Positions 1 through 12,482 of a DNA stretch of 64,000 bases are shown here, in pieces; the stretch's first letter is position 1, and each line of letters starts with the position of its first letter. The position numbers were made by a program, and so were the translations under genes. The stretch lies in contig NC_043013.1 in the NCBI RefSeq assembly GCF_006345805.1, positions 58,156,001 through 58,220,000 on the forward strand, in the 5' to 3' direction. The stretch is from Octopus sinensis. Its lineage: Eukaryota. The notes below the pieces were generated by a model. That model had not been told where the DNA came from. It saw nothing but the letters and a program-made list of their open reading frames with translations, and ran no database searches.

Positions 1-417
1 TCGCTGAGGTCAAATAAGACCGTTACTTATTCATATTTGGCTTCTGAAGATGCTAAAATCAGCATGGTTAATTATTATACTAAGCTACGCTGATTCTTCT
101 CCAAATATGCAATTCATCCTAGTTAAAGGTTTGGTGCTTCCTACATTTCTTTGTCTTATGTAAAACTGGTCAAAGAAAGAAGTATGGTTATTTGTCTACA
201 AAATTGTCTCGCAGTCCAGCTCCAATATTTACACAGTTGGCTTCACAAAGAAAGCACACGATTTCTTCTTAGAAATAAATATGAAGTAAGAGTAGGGAAG
301 AAGCGTGCCATAGAAATGGTGAGTGTTCTGTATGTTAACGGCAAGGAGCCTATTATAGAACTACATAACTATATAAGTAATATAGAAAGTTTACGATAGA
401 TATATTTATACATCTAC

Positions 418-483
<66 letters not shown>

Positions 484-1184
484 CTGTACACATACACACA
501 CACATATGTATATACACATATTACATATGCACACAGACATATTCATACATATATATGTATGTATGTAAACGCACACATGCAATTCAGTAGCATGCCTACA
601 TAATATTTATAAGAAAATTAGCAAATCTCTTCCCGGAATTTTAGACATCTTCACCAATGTAAGCATAGATTAAATGAATGTTTGTAACTGCAAGTCGAAA
701 GAGATATTTCTGACAGCGCCTTGAATATCTCGGGAGTTCATGTTTATTTAGACGAGATTATCGATGGAGTTCGCTTGAGTTCTAATTTATCTCAATCGTT
801 TCTTTATCAATAAAAGGTTGTTTCTGTCCTTCATAATTGCCAAAATCAATGAAAGATATTTCTTTATTAACCACTGTAGAAGAGACTGGAATACGCTACC
901 GGCTCATATTACGATTGCATATACACAGTCACATAATACACACACACACATGCATGCATACATACACATACATCCATATATATAAAGACACATGTATATA
1001 AGTTGTATATATATATGTGCATTTGCGTGTGTGCGTGTATGTGTGTGTATTTGTATTTATATACATAAACTTAGACTTAGATAAACTTAGATATGTTTGG
1101 ACCAAAGATTGGTCCAGGCCATGTCTAACTTAATAGCACCACCTGATAGGATTATTCGAATCCTGTTTAAGATACAGATATTAA

Positions 1185-1215
<31 letters not shown>

Positions 1216-1835
1216 CACACATATATATATATACACTTATGTATGTAGATATGTATGTGTATGCATATATGCCTGTGTGTAAATATGTATACATGCAGGT
1301 ATAATGCTTCTGATACGCATGGGTTCCTGTGTTTGTGCATATACACACATACCTAGCTACATGCGTGTGTAATTGTAAGCCTATGTGTGTGTTTTATAGA
1401 TTTCTTAAGTTTAAAAGTAAAGCGGAAAGTATAATTGAGGTGGAAGTAGGGACACAGGTCCCTTGAATTAACCAGACGCCTTATTTGGGAGTTAATAAAC
1501 CAGAGGAAATCTTCTGTGAAATAAGGTTTTCCCCTGAAACTGATCGTTCCTTAAACAATATAGACGTAAAAATCTGCTACGTGTACACATGTTTATGTAT
1601 GCTTGTGTGTGTGCGTGTGTGTGTATAATATATAGTATATATATATATATAATGTGTGTGTAGAGTGAGGTAGATAGATAGATAAATATATATATATATA
1701 TACATATATATACATATACATATGCATATAAACAAATAAATATATATATGTTTATATACAAATATACTTATAGATATATGTATACATATATGCATATATA
1801 TGTATAATATTCTTTATATGTGTGTGTCTTTCAAC

Positions 1836-1873
<38 letters not shown>

Positions 1874-2679
1874 GCGCACATTTTCAAGGAAATAGTCATC
1901 ACTTTATCCTACATATTTATTTTCAATATTTATGTGCGTGTTTTCTTGCGTGTGTATTTGTGTGTCTGTGTGTGCGTCTGCGCGCATATGTGTGCGTGTG
2001 TGCGTGCGTGAAAGTGAACGCATATGTGTGACGGAGAGAAGACAGAGGGCGATTGCGATAAAGAATGAATGTTAGGTAAACAAAATAAGGGAAATTGTGG
2101 TAGGGGTGTAAGAATTTCATTTCAACATGTCTGCTCTCTCGAATGAATATTCTTAAAGCAAATAATACAAGTGGTACGATAATTACATTTATCTTGTAAA
2201 CTTTAAAGGATTCTGGTGCCTAGAAGTCTCGTAACTGGAGTGTATTCTTTCATTCCAACGACGATAAACAAACAGAATTTTCATCAATTTCAAGCTATAA
2301 AATAATAAAATGTTTTAAACAAAAACAATCTGCAGCTCAGATCAATACATATCTCAAGTATTATACCCGAAACTAGATTAATAACGTAGAATGTTATACA
2401 TACACACACACTTTTATATATATATAACGTGAAAGCACACACACACACACACACCCACATATATATATATATATTATATATATTATACATATATATATAT
2501 ATATACACTCATATATATATACATATATATATATATACACTCATATATATATACATATATATATACATATATATATATATACATATATATATATACATAT
2601 ACATATATATATACATATATATATATACATATACATATATATATATACATATACATATATATATATATATACATATATT

Positions 2680-2711
<32 letters not shown>

Positions 2712-2812
2712 CATACATATATATATATAACATATATTTATATATATATACACTCATATATATGTATCCACACATATATATACACACACATATATATATA
2801 TATATAGGTATA

Positions 2813-2862
<50 letters not shown>

Positions 2863-2934
2863 TCATATATATGTATCCACACATATATATACACACACAC
2901 ATATATATATATATATATAGGTATATATATATAT

Positions 2935-2965
<31 letters not shown>

Positions 2966-2969
<4 letters not shown>

Positions 2970-3160
2970 GGAGTAAACACATAAATGTGAAACAAGGTGG
3001 AAAAAAGAGTACTCAAATACCAGTGGTAGAGTAATATGCTTTATTTTAAGCAGCAGAAAATTCAACAAAATCTGTTCTAGCAAAAACTGTCTGATGAACG
3101 GCAACGAGAAACTCAGAGTAACAGATTTTGTTGAATTTTCTGCTGCTTAAAATAAAGTAT
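2966..3160 (+). mobile_element. Solo Penelope-like pseudo-LTR fragment with 38-bp inverted arms enclosing a hammerhead motif
   Basis: 3039-3076 (ctttattttaagcagcagaaaattcaacaaaatctgtt) is the exact reverse complement of 3120-3157. The spacer carries an HHR core. The element is flanked by (TA)n. Confidence 0.65.
3087..3124 (+). ncRNA. Minimal type I hammerhead ribozyme motif
   Basis: Stem I CTGT(3087-90):ACAG(3121-24); CTGATGA 3091-97; stem II ACG-GCAA-CGA; GAAA 3108-11; stem III ACTC-A-GAGT; GTA triplet, predicted cut after A3120. Confidence 0.75.
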
Positions 3161-3484
3161 ATATATATATATAGGTATATATATACATACAGTCACTCAC
3201 ATGCGCGTACGCACACACATGTATGTATGTATGCATTTATATTTATATATATGTGTGTGTCAAATGAATGATATTCACAGTCGCAATATTCACTTACAGT
3301 CGCCTCTTGATCTTCTTTCGTCAATGTCTCTGCATTTTCTACTTCACTGTACACATCGCCGAATTATGATGGAATTATTGTGATTGGTACAAATTAGAAA
3401 TCGCCATTTCAAATAATCGCTCAATCCTCTAAGTTCAGTGTCGTTTATCTATTTCACACACACACACACACACATATACATACA

Positions 3485-3700
3485 CGAGGGGAAGTCAAAA
3501 ATTATTCGCCATAATATATCTTTATTATTGTCACACTGCCTTCTGCGCATGCGTGCTTATAAGCGGTGCTCTTGTGATCACGTGATCAAAAGTTGAGCCT
3601 GATTGCGCCGTTTTTCTGGCTTTGCTGTGTATGGCTGTTCGCTTTACTAACAATGTGTACCAAAGGCGAGCAAGGAACAAAGAGTGTCTTCATTTGTTTC
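3485..3700 (+). mobile_element. Mariner-like transposon 5' end remnant
   Basis: Begins with a CGAGGGGAAGTCAAAAATTATTCGC TIR-like end, followed by a degenerate match to the mariner N-terminus (atggctgttcgc...tgtaccaaaggcgagcaa, resembling MAAPLxxCTKEEQR). Confidence 0.5.
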
Positions 3701-4390
3701 TTTTTAACAACTTAAGAGCATTATACAAATGGTAATCAAAAAGATAAGTAGCAATCCAAGAAAGTCAGTAATTAAAAGAATATTTTTATAGGATAATTCA
3801 GCAGTTTCGTGAAAGGTTGAGCAAATAACACAGAGAACTAGATTAGCCAGTGTCACCAACCACCGAAGAATACTCTATGGTATTATCGAAACACATCAAC
3901 ATATAAATAAGTACGTCTACCTGGGAGTAGTGAGGACTTATCTCCACGTTAGCAATATAAGCAAGTGTACATTTCCACCAAAAAGGCCCAATATGTGATT
4001 TTCTCTCATAATAACTGTCGCGTTATAGTTTGTTCTAATAGAACATCCGCTCTTAAGTTGGAATAAATATTATCTATCGGCATGTCTATTTATCTAACAA
4101 GGTAGATAGATAGATAGGTAGACAGACAGTTAGATAGATATTCATTGAACTCTATTACTTGCATCTGTTGTGTCTTATTTTCATGCAGTTATCTAGATAC
4201 AAAGGTTTTATATTCTTAACATCGCAGTGACATTACCTATCGCTGCTTCGCTCAAAATGTTAGTATCAGGGAATAAATTCAAATCTTCGGAAATAGGCTG
4301 ATTCTTGTTTCTGATTCTTGTTTAACTGTTTTTACAGTTGCTTCCATATCTCCTATCGATTTTGCGCGCGCGCACATATATATATATATA

Positions 4391-4460
4391 TACGAGATGA
4401 AGTAAAAAATTATTCGCCATAACATATCTTTATTATTGTCACACTACCTTCTGAGCATGT
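4391..4460 (+). mobile_element. Second copy of the same mariner-like terminal segment
   Basis: About 65 bp nearly identical to 3485-3550 (aaaaattattcgccataa..tatctttattattgtcacact..cttctg.gcatg), starting at a TA. Confidence 0.55.
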
Positions 4461-4954
4461 CTGATGATCATGCTTGAAATAATCATCTTCTGCCAATCTG
4501 GATTATGCCGAAATGCTGTGGCCATATGGTTGAGAATGTGGCTCCAGAAACATTATTTCTGGATCATTCCTATTGCCAAGTGCCATTAGCGTGTTTTCCA
4601 GTAGCCTTGCATCAACCATAGATTTGCAAGCGAAATTAGTTTGAACACAACTATCGGCAAACACGTCAAACAATTATTCCTGTCATTTGTGCTGAAGCCA
4701 TTGCCAGCTTTAGTACAACTCCGTTCTCCCATTTGACATATCAAGTATTAAGGAAGCATTCTAGTGTCTCACTGTTACAGAGGTTCAGAGTCAGGCACGG
4801 ACAAATCCTTTTTACACTAGAGGTTATAATAAAAGCGTCATCAGTACAAGGAAGACATTCGCATCATGGTGACTGGTATCCCTGAAATTAACACACATAT
4901 ATATTACATATGTACATATGCATATACACACACACATACGTTTATAAATATTTA

Positions 4955-5918
4955 CAGGGTGCGGTGAATATATTATCGTCTAAATTACGCAAAAATGAAA
5001 ATAACACTGAACATCTCATTTTAACAGATATATTTACCAAAATTACAAAAAAATATCTTCAATTACTAAAGAGTAAATGTATTCAATAAAATCCGCCATT
5101 GGCTTCAACCCTATCTTCCAGAGAACTTCGGAATCTCCTACATCTCTTTTGGACGGTCTCCTTGTTTAAGTTGGTGAATGCTGCCATAATCTTTGCCTTC
5201 AATTCATCTTTGGTGTTACAGGGAATTTTGTTGGTCTCTCGTTCAACTGTGCCCTACACATAATAATCAAGGGTGTCGCAGTCTGGAGAGTTAGGTGGCC
5301 AGATGTTAGGGGGTGATGTGGTTGCAGAAATTGTCTGAGAACCATCACTAGGTTCTCCTGTTTGTGTGGAATTGTGCAGAGTCCTGATGACAAACATAGG
5401 ATCTTCCAGCAACCACCCTCTAGACTCAGGGGCCTCTGTGTTGAGTGCGAGGCTGTGTGGGAATGGAGGCATAACGTTGCCATCACTAGTGATCACTCCA
5501 AACACCATGATGTTTACTGGATGTTTGATATTTATCACATTCGGTACATGTTCTCAGATTGCATTGTCCTCAGATTGACACCCAAACACTCTGAAATGCG
5601 CCCCACATACCAAGGAGGTAGGGGTGACATAGTCGCAGCAATTGTCTGACAGCCATGACAGGGTTCTCCTGCTGTGTGGAATGATTTGGAGACACGGCAA
5701 CTCAACAGTTGTTCTGCGTGTTCACTATCTGCTCGTATGCCAAGTATCACGGCATGTCGTTCCCCAATTTCTGACAGACTGAATTGCATCATGGTGCTGT
5801 TTTTCACACAGACGGTGCCCAACTGACTCGATTGTGTAGTCAACAAAATCAAACACAAGCAATGCGCCTGCGCGAAATTAAAAATATAAAATGGCGTCAA
5901 TTTACCCATTGCACCCTG
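4955..5918 (-). mobile_element. Internally deleted Tc1/mariner-superfamily transposon (maT/DD37D-like)
   Basis: Imperfect TIRs CAGGGTGCGGTGAATATATT and reverse-complement CAGGGTGCAATGGGTAAATT, TA on both sides. Minus-strand fragments read MMQFSLSEIGERHAVILGIRA, KHPVNIMVFGVITSDGNVMPP and WPPNSPDCDTLDYYV. Confidence 0.85.
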
Positions 5919-7051
5919 TATATCATTGATTATATATATTACACATATGTGTATATAGGTATGTATATATGTGTAATGTGAATATATATATATATGTTTA
6001 TATATATACACACACGCACACATATATATATTCATATATATATATATATCATACACACACACACACACACACGCATATATATGTATATACGACTGTACAT
6101 ACACTTGCTATTGCGTGCCTATTGTATTTGCTATGTAAATCAATCAAAGTTCAATGGTTTGTGATCTATTTTTCTGATCAACATAAAATTATGCGGTAAG
6201 ATCCACTTCGCATTCATCTGTTGAATGAATTTTCAGCCGATTCAGTGCATCTAATGCATTTTCACACTTGTACTCCACGATATATTTAGCGCATAAATAT
6301 CAGAAGCTCATTACGATTTAGTCAATGAGAATTGCGACGGGAAACTTGTTCATCGGTTCCTTAATTAATTATATTGTCTTTTATATTAGAAGTATTGTTA
6401 ATGGTTTCTACAGAGAAATGTTACACGAGTGTATATAACATCAGTTTCCTGGGAGGGTTTAACGAATTAATTAGAAAAATGAACTAAAAGGAGATTACGC
6501 ATTATTGCATTATTCCTACAGTGGAATTGATTGAATGTACCCCTGATTGTTCAAACGGTGTCCATCACACCTTTCCCTGTATCGAGAAAAAGCACTGCAA
6601 AAAATGTTAGAGACTCCAGGAAACGGAAACTCGTTCAAATTGGTCTTTGCTTGAAATACTCAATGGCTAACGTCTTAAACCGGAAAGACATCCGAGGCTC
6701 AGTTGAGTTTTATGTTATATTCAGATTTGTAAGTCTCGTTTACATGTCCAGAGAGATGCAATTTCAAGAAGATTTCATTGTTGATTTTAGCAGCTCGAGA
6801 TACCAGGTTGAGGTTTCTTCCCCCCAAGCTTTTATGTTGCGGATTTCTATTCTGTAAAGAGGGACGCATATTTGCATTCTGAAAACTTAAAAGGGTGCGG
6901 CAGACATAATGAATGCCGTCTCCATAAGGGTTGTTGTTTTTGTGGTTTAATCTTCCCTGCCGTAACACTCATCGGCTGATGTATGATCAAAGTCATACCA
7001 ACCGTATGCACACAGGCACACACACAAACATACACGCACATACATACATGC

Positions 7052-7090
<39 letters not shown>

Positions 7091-7398
7091 TTATTTCATT
7101 CTACACGTGTTTCGAGTATAAACTTTTGATTAATCTGCAACAAGATTATTCATCTTTCTATTTCACATAATATATATATATATATCGGTCATTTTTGAAC
7201 AGGATTTGAAATAATTAAAGGGGTTGAGGCTATCATTTCTAGTAAATGAGATGACCATTTAATAGTTCCCTCTATGAGTCTCTGATTTCAGAGACAGTTT
7301 AAAATAGGTCGTGAGAAGTTGTAGAATATCAAGATGCAGGATAGAATGTTACTGTGTTTAAAACTGGAATAATTATATTGCATTTCCATGCTGTTAAG

Positions 7399-8225
7399 TC
7401 ATCATCATCAGGATCCGTGAAATGATGTAAACAATCGTTGGGATGCTCCTCTTGGGTCGCTTTTGGGGTCAGCCGTTGCCACTCTGTTATAACCTGTCAT
7501 GTCCTTGACGTTGTCAAACCAGGATTGTCGGTGTCTGCTTCTCTTTCGGCCTCCCTCAATTCTACCTTGAAGAATGGCTTTGGACATGGAGTTGTAGCAG
7601 GATATATGAACGTACCAAGCAAGATTTCGTCTTTTTACCTGCGCAAAGACTGGTTTTTGCCAGCGTATATGTTGTCTTCATGACTGACAGGGCTGTCGCT
7701 TTTGTGCTTTGTGCATCGGATGTGCAGCGGGCTTTTGAAGCACTTATACTGAAATGCCTAGATTCTTCGTTCAATGTCAGTTGTAACATCTATGGACAAG
7801 GATTGTAGTTACCAGTGACTTGTCCACTCTGAGTCTTGTTAGAAAACACCATATGGTGCTAAGTTTCGTCATAGAAGCAGAGGCTGAACTGAGGCTTGCT
7901 ATTTTCGCCTTTTGAGATATGCTGTCCCTAACCAGACTGGATCCTAAGCACTTGTAGCTGTCAACTTAATCAAGTCTCTCTACATTCAGGATGATGTTTA
8001 CTGAGTTTTATTTGTTACTGTCAACCAAGATTTTGTTCTTTTCTGGTCTAATTTCTTTCTTGTATGCTCCTGCTACATTTTACGCTGTGGTGGCGAGCCG
8101 CTGTTGTTCAGCTTCTTCCTAAAAGGTCAATATCACCAGCAAAGCGCTGGCTGGAAATGGGCCGTCCCCCCATTGGAAACACAGGGGTAGACGTGTCCCC
8201 TTGCATGATATTCTCCGAAGGTTAA
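7399..8225 (-). mobile_element. RTE-clade LINE 3' end (RT domain 5 to 3' tail), degenerate
   Basis: Minus strand reads ENIMQ..GGRPI..RFAGDIDLLG (YADD-equivalent), VDSYKCLGS and EGRKRSRHRQSWFDNVKDMTG, then a (GAT)n tail at 7399-7410. Confidence 0.85.
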
Positions 8226-8975
8226 GGGGTAAGCGAAGGAAGAGAAGGAGGAATGGATAACAGTCAAGAAAAAAATAATCGAAGCTAGGATAAAGAATAT
8301 CAACAGCAAGGTTTCTTCTGAAACCCTCAAAATCCTAACCAAAATAAAGGAACACATCACCATGATCATTGAAGACAAAACAGATCTGCATCTCATGTTG
8401 TGAGTATGATGTCATCAACAAATTGTTTGAGAATTGCAAAGACCTTTACAATCACAAACTCAGACATGAGAGCAACATGCTAAACAATTCTAACAACAAT
8501 AATAACAGGGAACTTAGGGATGCTCCAATTTCCCAGGAGGAAGACGAAGAGGCAGTGCGCATGCTCACAGGGGAGAAATCCTCGAGAGTGGAAAACATCC
8601 TTCCGGAGCTCCTAAAACATGAAAGGCCGAAGCTCAAGGCACTAACAATTACTCGTCAGAAGATATGAGAGACGAAACAGTGGCCAAACGAGTTGGCCCT
8701 ATCACCGATGATACCCAATCCCAAGAAAGGCAACTTCAGGCTCAGCCAGAATTATAGGAACAATCAGCCTAATTAGTCACCCCAACAAGCTATTGTTAAG
8801 AGGTTTGCTAAACAGACTTAAGGGGATGGCAGAAGAGATCCTTACAGAAGAACAAACAAGATTTAGGTCCAGAACGAGTACTGTGAAGGAAGCATTTACC
8901 ATGAGAGCCCTCACTGAAAAACCTCTACAATATCTATCGGACGTCTATCACTACATCATCGATTCCGAATTGGAG
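8226..8975 (+). mobile_element. RTE-clade LINE segment (EN-RT linker to RT domain 3), inverted relative to the adjacent 3' end
   Basis: KEEWI.., ENILPELLKHE, PNPKKGNFRLSQNYR, MLRGLLNRLKGMAEEILTEEQTRFRSRTST and YHYIID, with frameshifts. Confidence 0.85.
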
Positions 8976-9411
8976 TCGATGAAGTTGTGATACAATTGTG
9001 ACGTTCCATCATTGAGTATAACCAAGAGACAGGTTTTGCTATTTGAAAGAATCTCAGCTGTTCTTTCCAGCAACTTCAGCACCTACCTAAACCTTTAACT
9101 GCTGCTGCTGCTACGATGTTAATAATTAATGATGATGCAGTACTGTAGTTTTAACTGTCATGAAACACAATCTATATTTTCTTGTTGCTACAGTGAAGTC
9201 CTCAACGTTAAATATTTCAAGTAGTTTGTAATTTGTAAAAGTAAACCACTTAATCTCCATAGAGTCTATAGAATGTCTGCTGCTTCATTACCAGGAATTA
9301 TAGTCAGCTTGTTGAGTTTACAGAATTGTTTGGAACTCACTAAATATTCACGATTCTTTGATGCTGGCAGAAGACAACTTGCAATTAATTCTTCTTTATG
9401 CTTCAAACGAA

Positions 9412-9554
<143 letters not shown>

Positions 9555-11053
9555 TCATATGTGAAAGAATTAAATTGTTCGAAATATAGATTTCTGAAAT
9601 CACATAGAAGATTTAATTATTATATACGGATTGGAAAATATGCGAGAACCACCTATCATTAAATCTTGTTTTATTTGACATTACGTCTGTATGTGTGAGT
9701 ACGTACATACAGCCATGGAGTGCGTGTGTGAGTATCTATATGTGTGTGTCTGTGTGTTTGAGTGTGTATGTGTGTGTGTTTGCGTGAATGTAGCTTGGTT
9801 TCTATGTGTATATGTATATATACACATGCAGACACTTATTTACAGGCATATCTGCACACATTCGTAGGTACGTATATATGTATGCATCTGTATATATATA
9901 TATATGTATGTATGTATAGGGGGCGTGACATAATAGTCGTCTGCGTCTATGTAGAAGCTCATATGGTTGTGTATATTGGTGTATGTGTAGTTTTATGCCA
10001 GTGTATGTATCTGTTCATGGTTATGTTTAGGCGTGCATTGCAGGAATGGAATTCTTGTGTTAGTGTATCGAAACGTGCTGCTCCATTTTCATTTATATGA
10101 GTGTGTACGTGCGAGGGAATGAGAGGAATCTGTGTGCATGCATGTATGTCTATGTGTGTATGCGTAAACATATATCTGCGTGTATGTGTACGTGTGTATA
10201 TTTGTTTGTGCATCTATTTGATGTTTATAGTAAGGTGTTTAGTAATTGCAGTATGGAGCGACAATAAATATCAACTGCAAAATATTCTACTGCTAACAAG
10301 CCACCATTCAATAAACTTTTAAACTAATTCTTCCATTGAGTTCTCCTCATTCAATTTACATTAAAGACAGTTCTCAAGGAGATACTGTTCAAGTTATTTT
10401 TGTGGTCGTAATTGTTGTCGTTGTTCTTATTCCCAAGTTGCTCTTGATCCGCAAGACGTATGATGAAGGGGACTCCTATCATGAATATATTATTTCCTCT
10501 CTCAAAGAGCAAGAAATCAGAAACGTGTGACCTGTTTTCATACAGAGGTAGGTTGAGGATTTGAGGGTGGTTTGCTTCTGTAGCCACCGACTCATGAGAT
10601 TATGTAAGTTGAATGATGACAGTGGACCTAGGGTTTGAACACTCTAGGGCTTTTTGATGAATGTGAGGTTTTTGATGGTGATATTATTCCAATGAACTGG
10701 AATTGGGGGTGGATATTCGGAGAGGGCAATGTGTTAACTGCATCCAAGGAACGAGGGGGCGAGTTACAGGAAGCCACCGATTAAGTCCACGTTTTAAGTT
10801 GTTGTTGTGAATTAGATGCCAGGAGGAAAACAAAATTAAATTGGTCAGAAAAAATACACTCAGAAAAGGGAGATGAGTTGAATAAGAATATTATTGCTAA
10901 ATGAAATGACACTACCTAAGTAAAACTTAAGAGGGGGAGGATATTGTAGGGAATTAGTAATAATGGTACACCCTCCCACGTGACGAATGGAATAACCTAG
11001 TCACTATAACTAGGAAAGTACATGTAGGATGTATTGGTAGCTATGTCTGTTTT

Positions 11054-11286
11054 AAGGCGGCGAGCTGGCAGAATTGTTAGCACGCCGGGCGAAATGCTTA
11101 GATGTATTTCGTCTGTCGTTACCTTCTGAGTTCAAATTCCGCTGAGGTCGGCTTTGCCTTTCATCCTTTCGGGGTTGATTAAATAAGTACCAGTTACGCA
11201 CTGGGGTTGATGTAATCGACTTAATCCGTTTGTCTGTCCTTGTTTGTCCCCTCTGTGTTTAGCCCCTTGTGGGTAGTAAAGAAATA
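11054..11286 (+). mobile_element. tRNA-derived SINE, family A
   Basis: A-box-like GGCGAGCTGGCAGAATTG, B-box-like GAGTTCAAATTCC, core gcctttcatcctttcggggttgattaaataagtaccag; recurs about ten times in the window. Confidence 0.85.
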
Positions 11287-11453
11287 GGCATATCGCCTGC
11301 CGCTACGTTCTGAGTTCAAATTTTGCCGAGGTCGACTTTGCCTTTCATCCTTTCGGGGTCGATAAATTAAATACCAGCTGCGTACTGGGGTCGATCTAAT
11401 CGACTGGCCCCTCCCCAAAGATTTCTGGCCTTGTGCCTAGAGTAGGAAACGAT
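11287..11453 (+). mobile_element. SINE family A, 5'-truncated copy in tandem
   Basis: Repeats the B-box and core, and ends in the ggccttgtgcctagagtaggaaac tail. Confidence 0.85.
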
Positions 11454-12164
11454 AGTTGCATCTGTACTGTTACAGTAATTATACTGAGAGGACGTTATAT
11501 CGATCCAACACCTTGAAAATAACATTGTACGACTGGAGATAGAAACATTCTATCGACCACTTCCAAATACAACAATATCTGTCAGCACGACAACCGTCAT
11601 TCAAAGACAGCTTTTACACAGGTTTTACTTAAAAAGAATAACACAAAAAATAATAGTCCCAGACACACTGTGCCATAAAAAACTGGTTTACCACGGCTAG
11701 AATACGATTTTTAAGAGATGAAGACGCTTTGGATTGACTAAAGTTCAACCAAAAAAAGAACGCCCACCTTTGGTAATCCTGGGAACTGTTAAACTCTAGC
11801 TGATTATATCTAATGCACATCGTTTCCTTCATATACACGGTAAGATATGCTGAAGGATTTCTGTACCTTGTACAGCAAATAGTGAACGTTGGTGTGCGTG
11901 TCTGTTTTGACTTATGTATTGAGACTTTGAAATTCAGTGTATATCTGAGAAATAACAAGGAAGTGTCTGAAATGGAATGCAGAACCATTATCAGAATGGG
12001 GATATTAAAAAAGTATATTCGATATTTGCACCCTTCCCCGAGATATATGCATAGGTGTATTTATACACACATAGGCATACATATACACATAGATCTCTCT
12101 TTCTGTCACTCCCTTTCAGTATCAATATATATATATATATATTTTGTGTTTTCTTGTTTGGATT

Positions 12165-12260
<96 letters not shown>

Positions 12261-12368
12261 ATATATATATACATATATGTAGGTCCCGGGTTGATTCGGG
12301 GTTAACCACAGTAAATAAGGTACTCAATACATAGTAGAGTAAAATTAATTTATAATAAATATATATAC

Positions 12369-12482
<114 letters not shown>

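Noticed and set aside
42-70. CTGAAGA followed by a TGCT/AGCA hairpin
   Set aside because: No GAAA or cleavage triplet follows, so it is not a hammerhead.
2429-2920. Long Y/I/H/T-rich ORFs (also 31508-31876, 34706-35314, 53873-54472, 58316-58861, 59782-60567)
   Set aside because: Translations of (TA)n/(CA)n microsatellites, not genes.
4461-4490. CTGATGA..GAAA spacing resembling a hammerhead
   Set aside because: Stems I and II cannot form; the sequence is better explained by a GAGCATG/CATGCTT hairpin.
6510-6620. Acceptor-like ttcctacag followed by a Cys-rich frame (CTPDCSNGVHHTFPCIEKKHCKKC*)
   Set aside because: Short, with no recognisable domain or partner exon.
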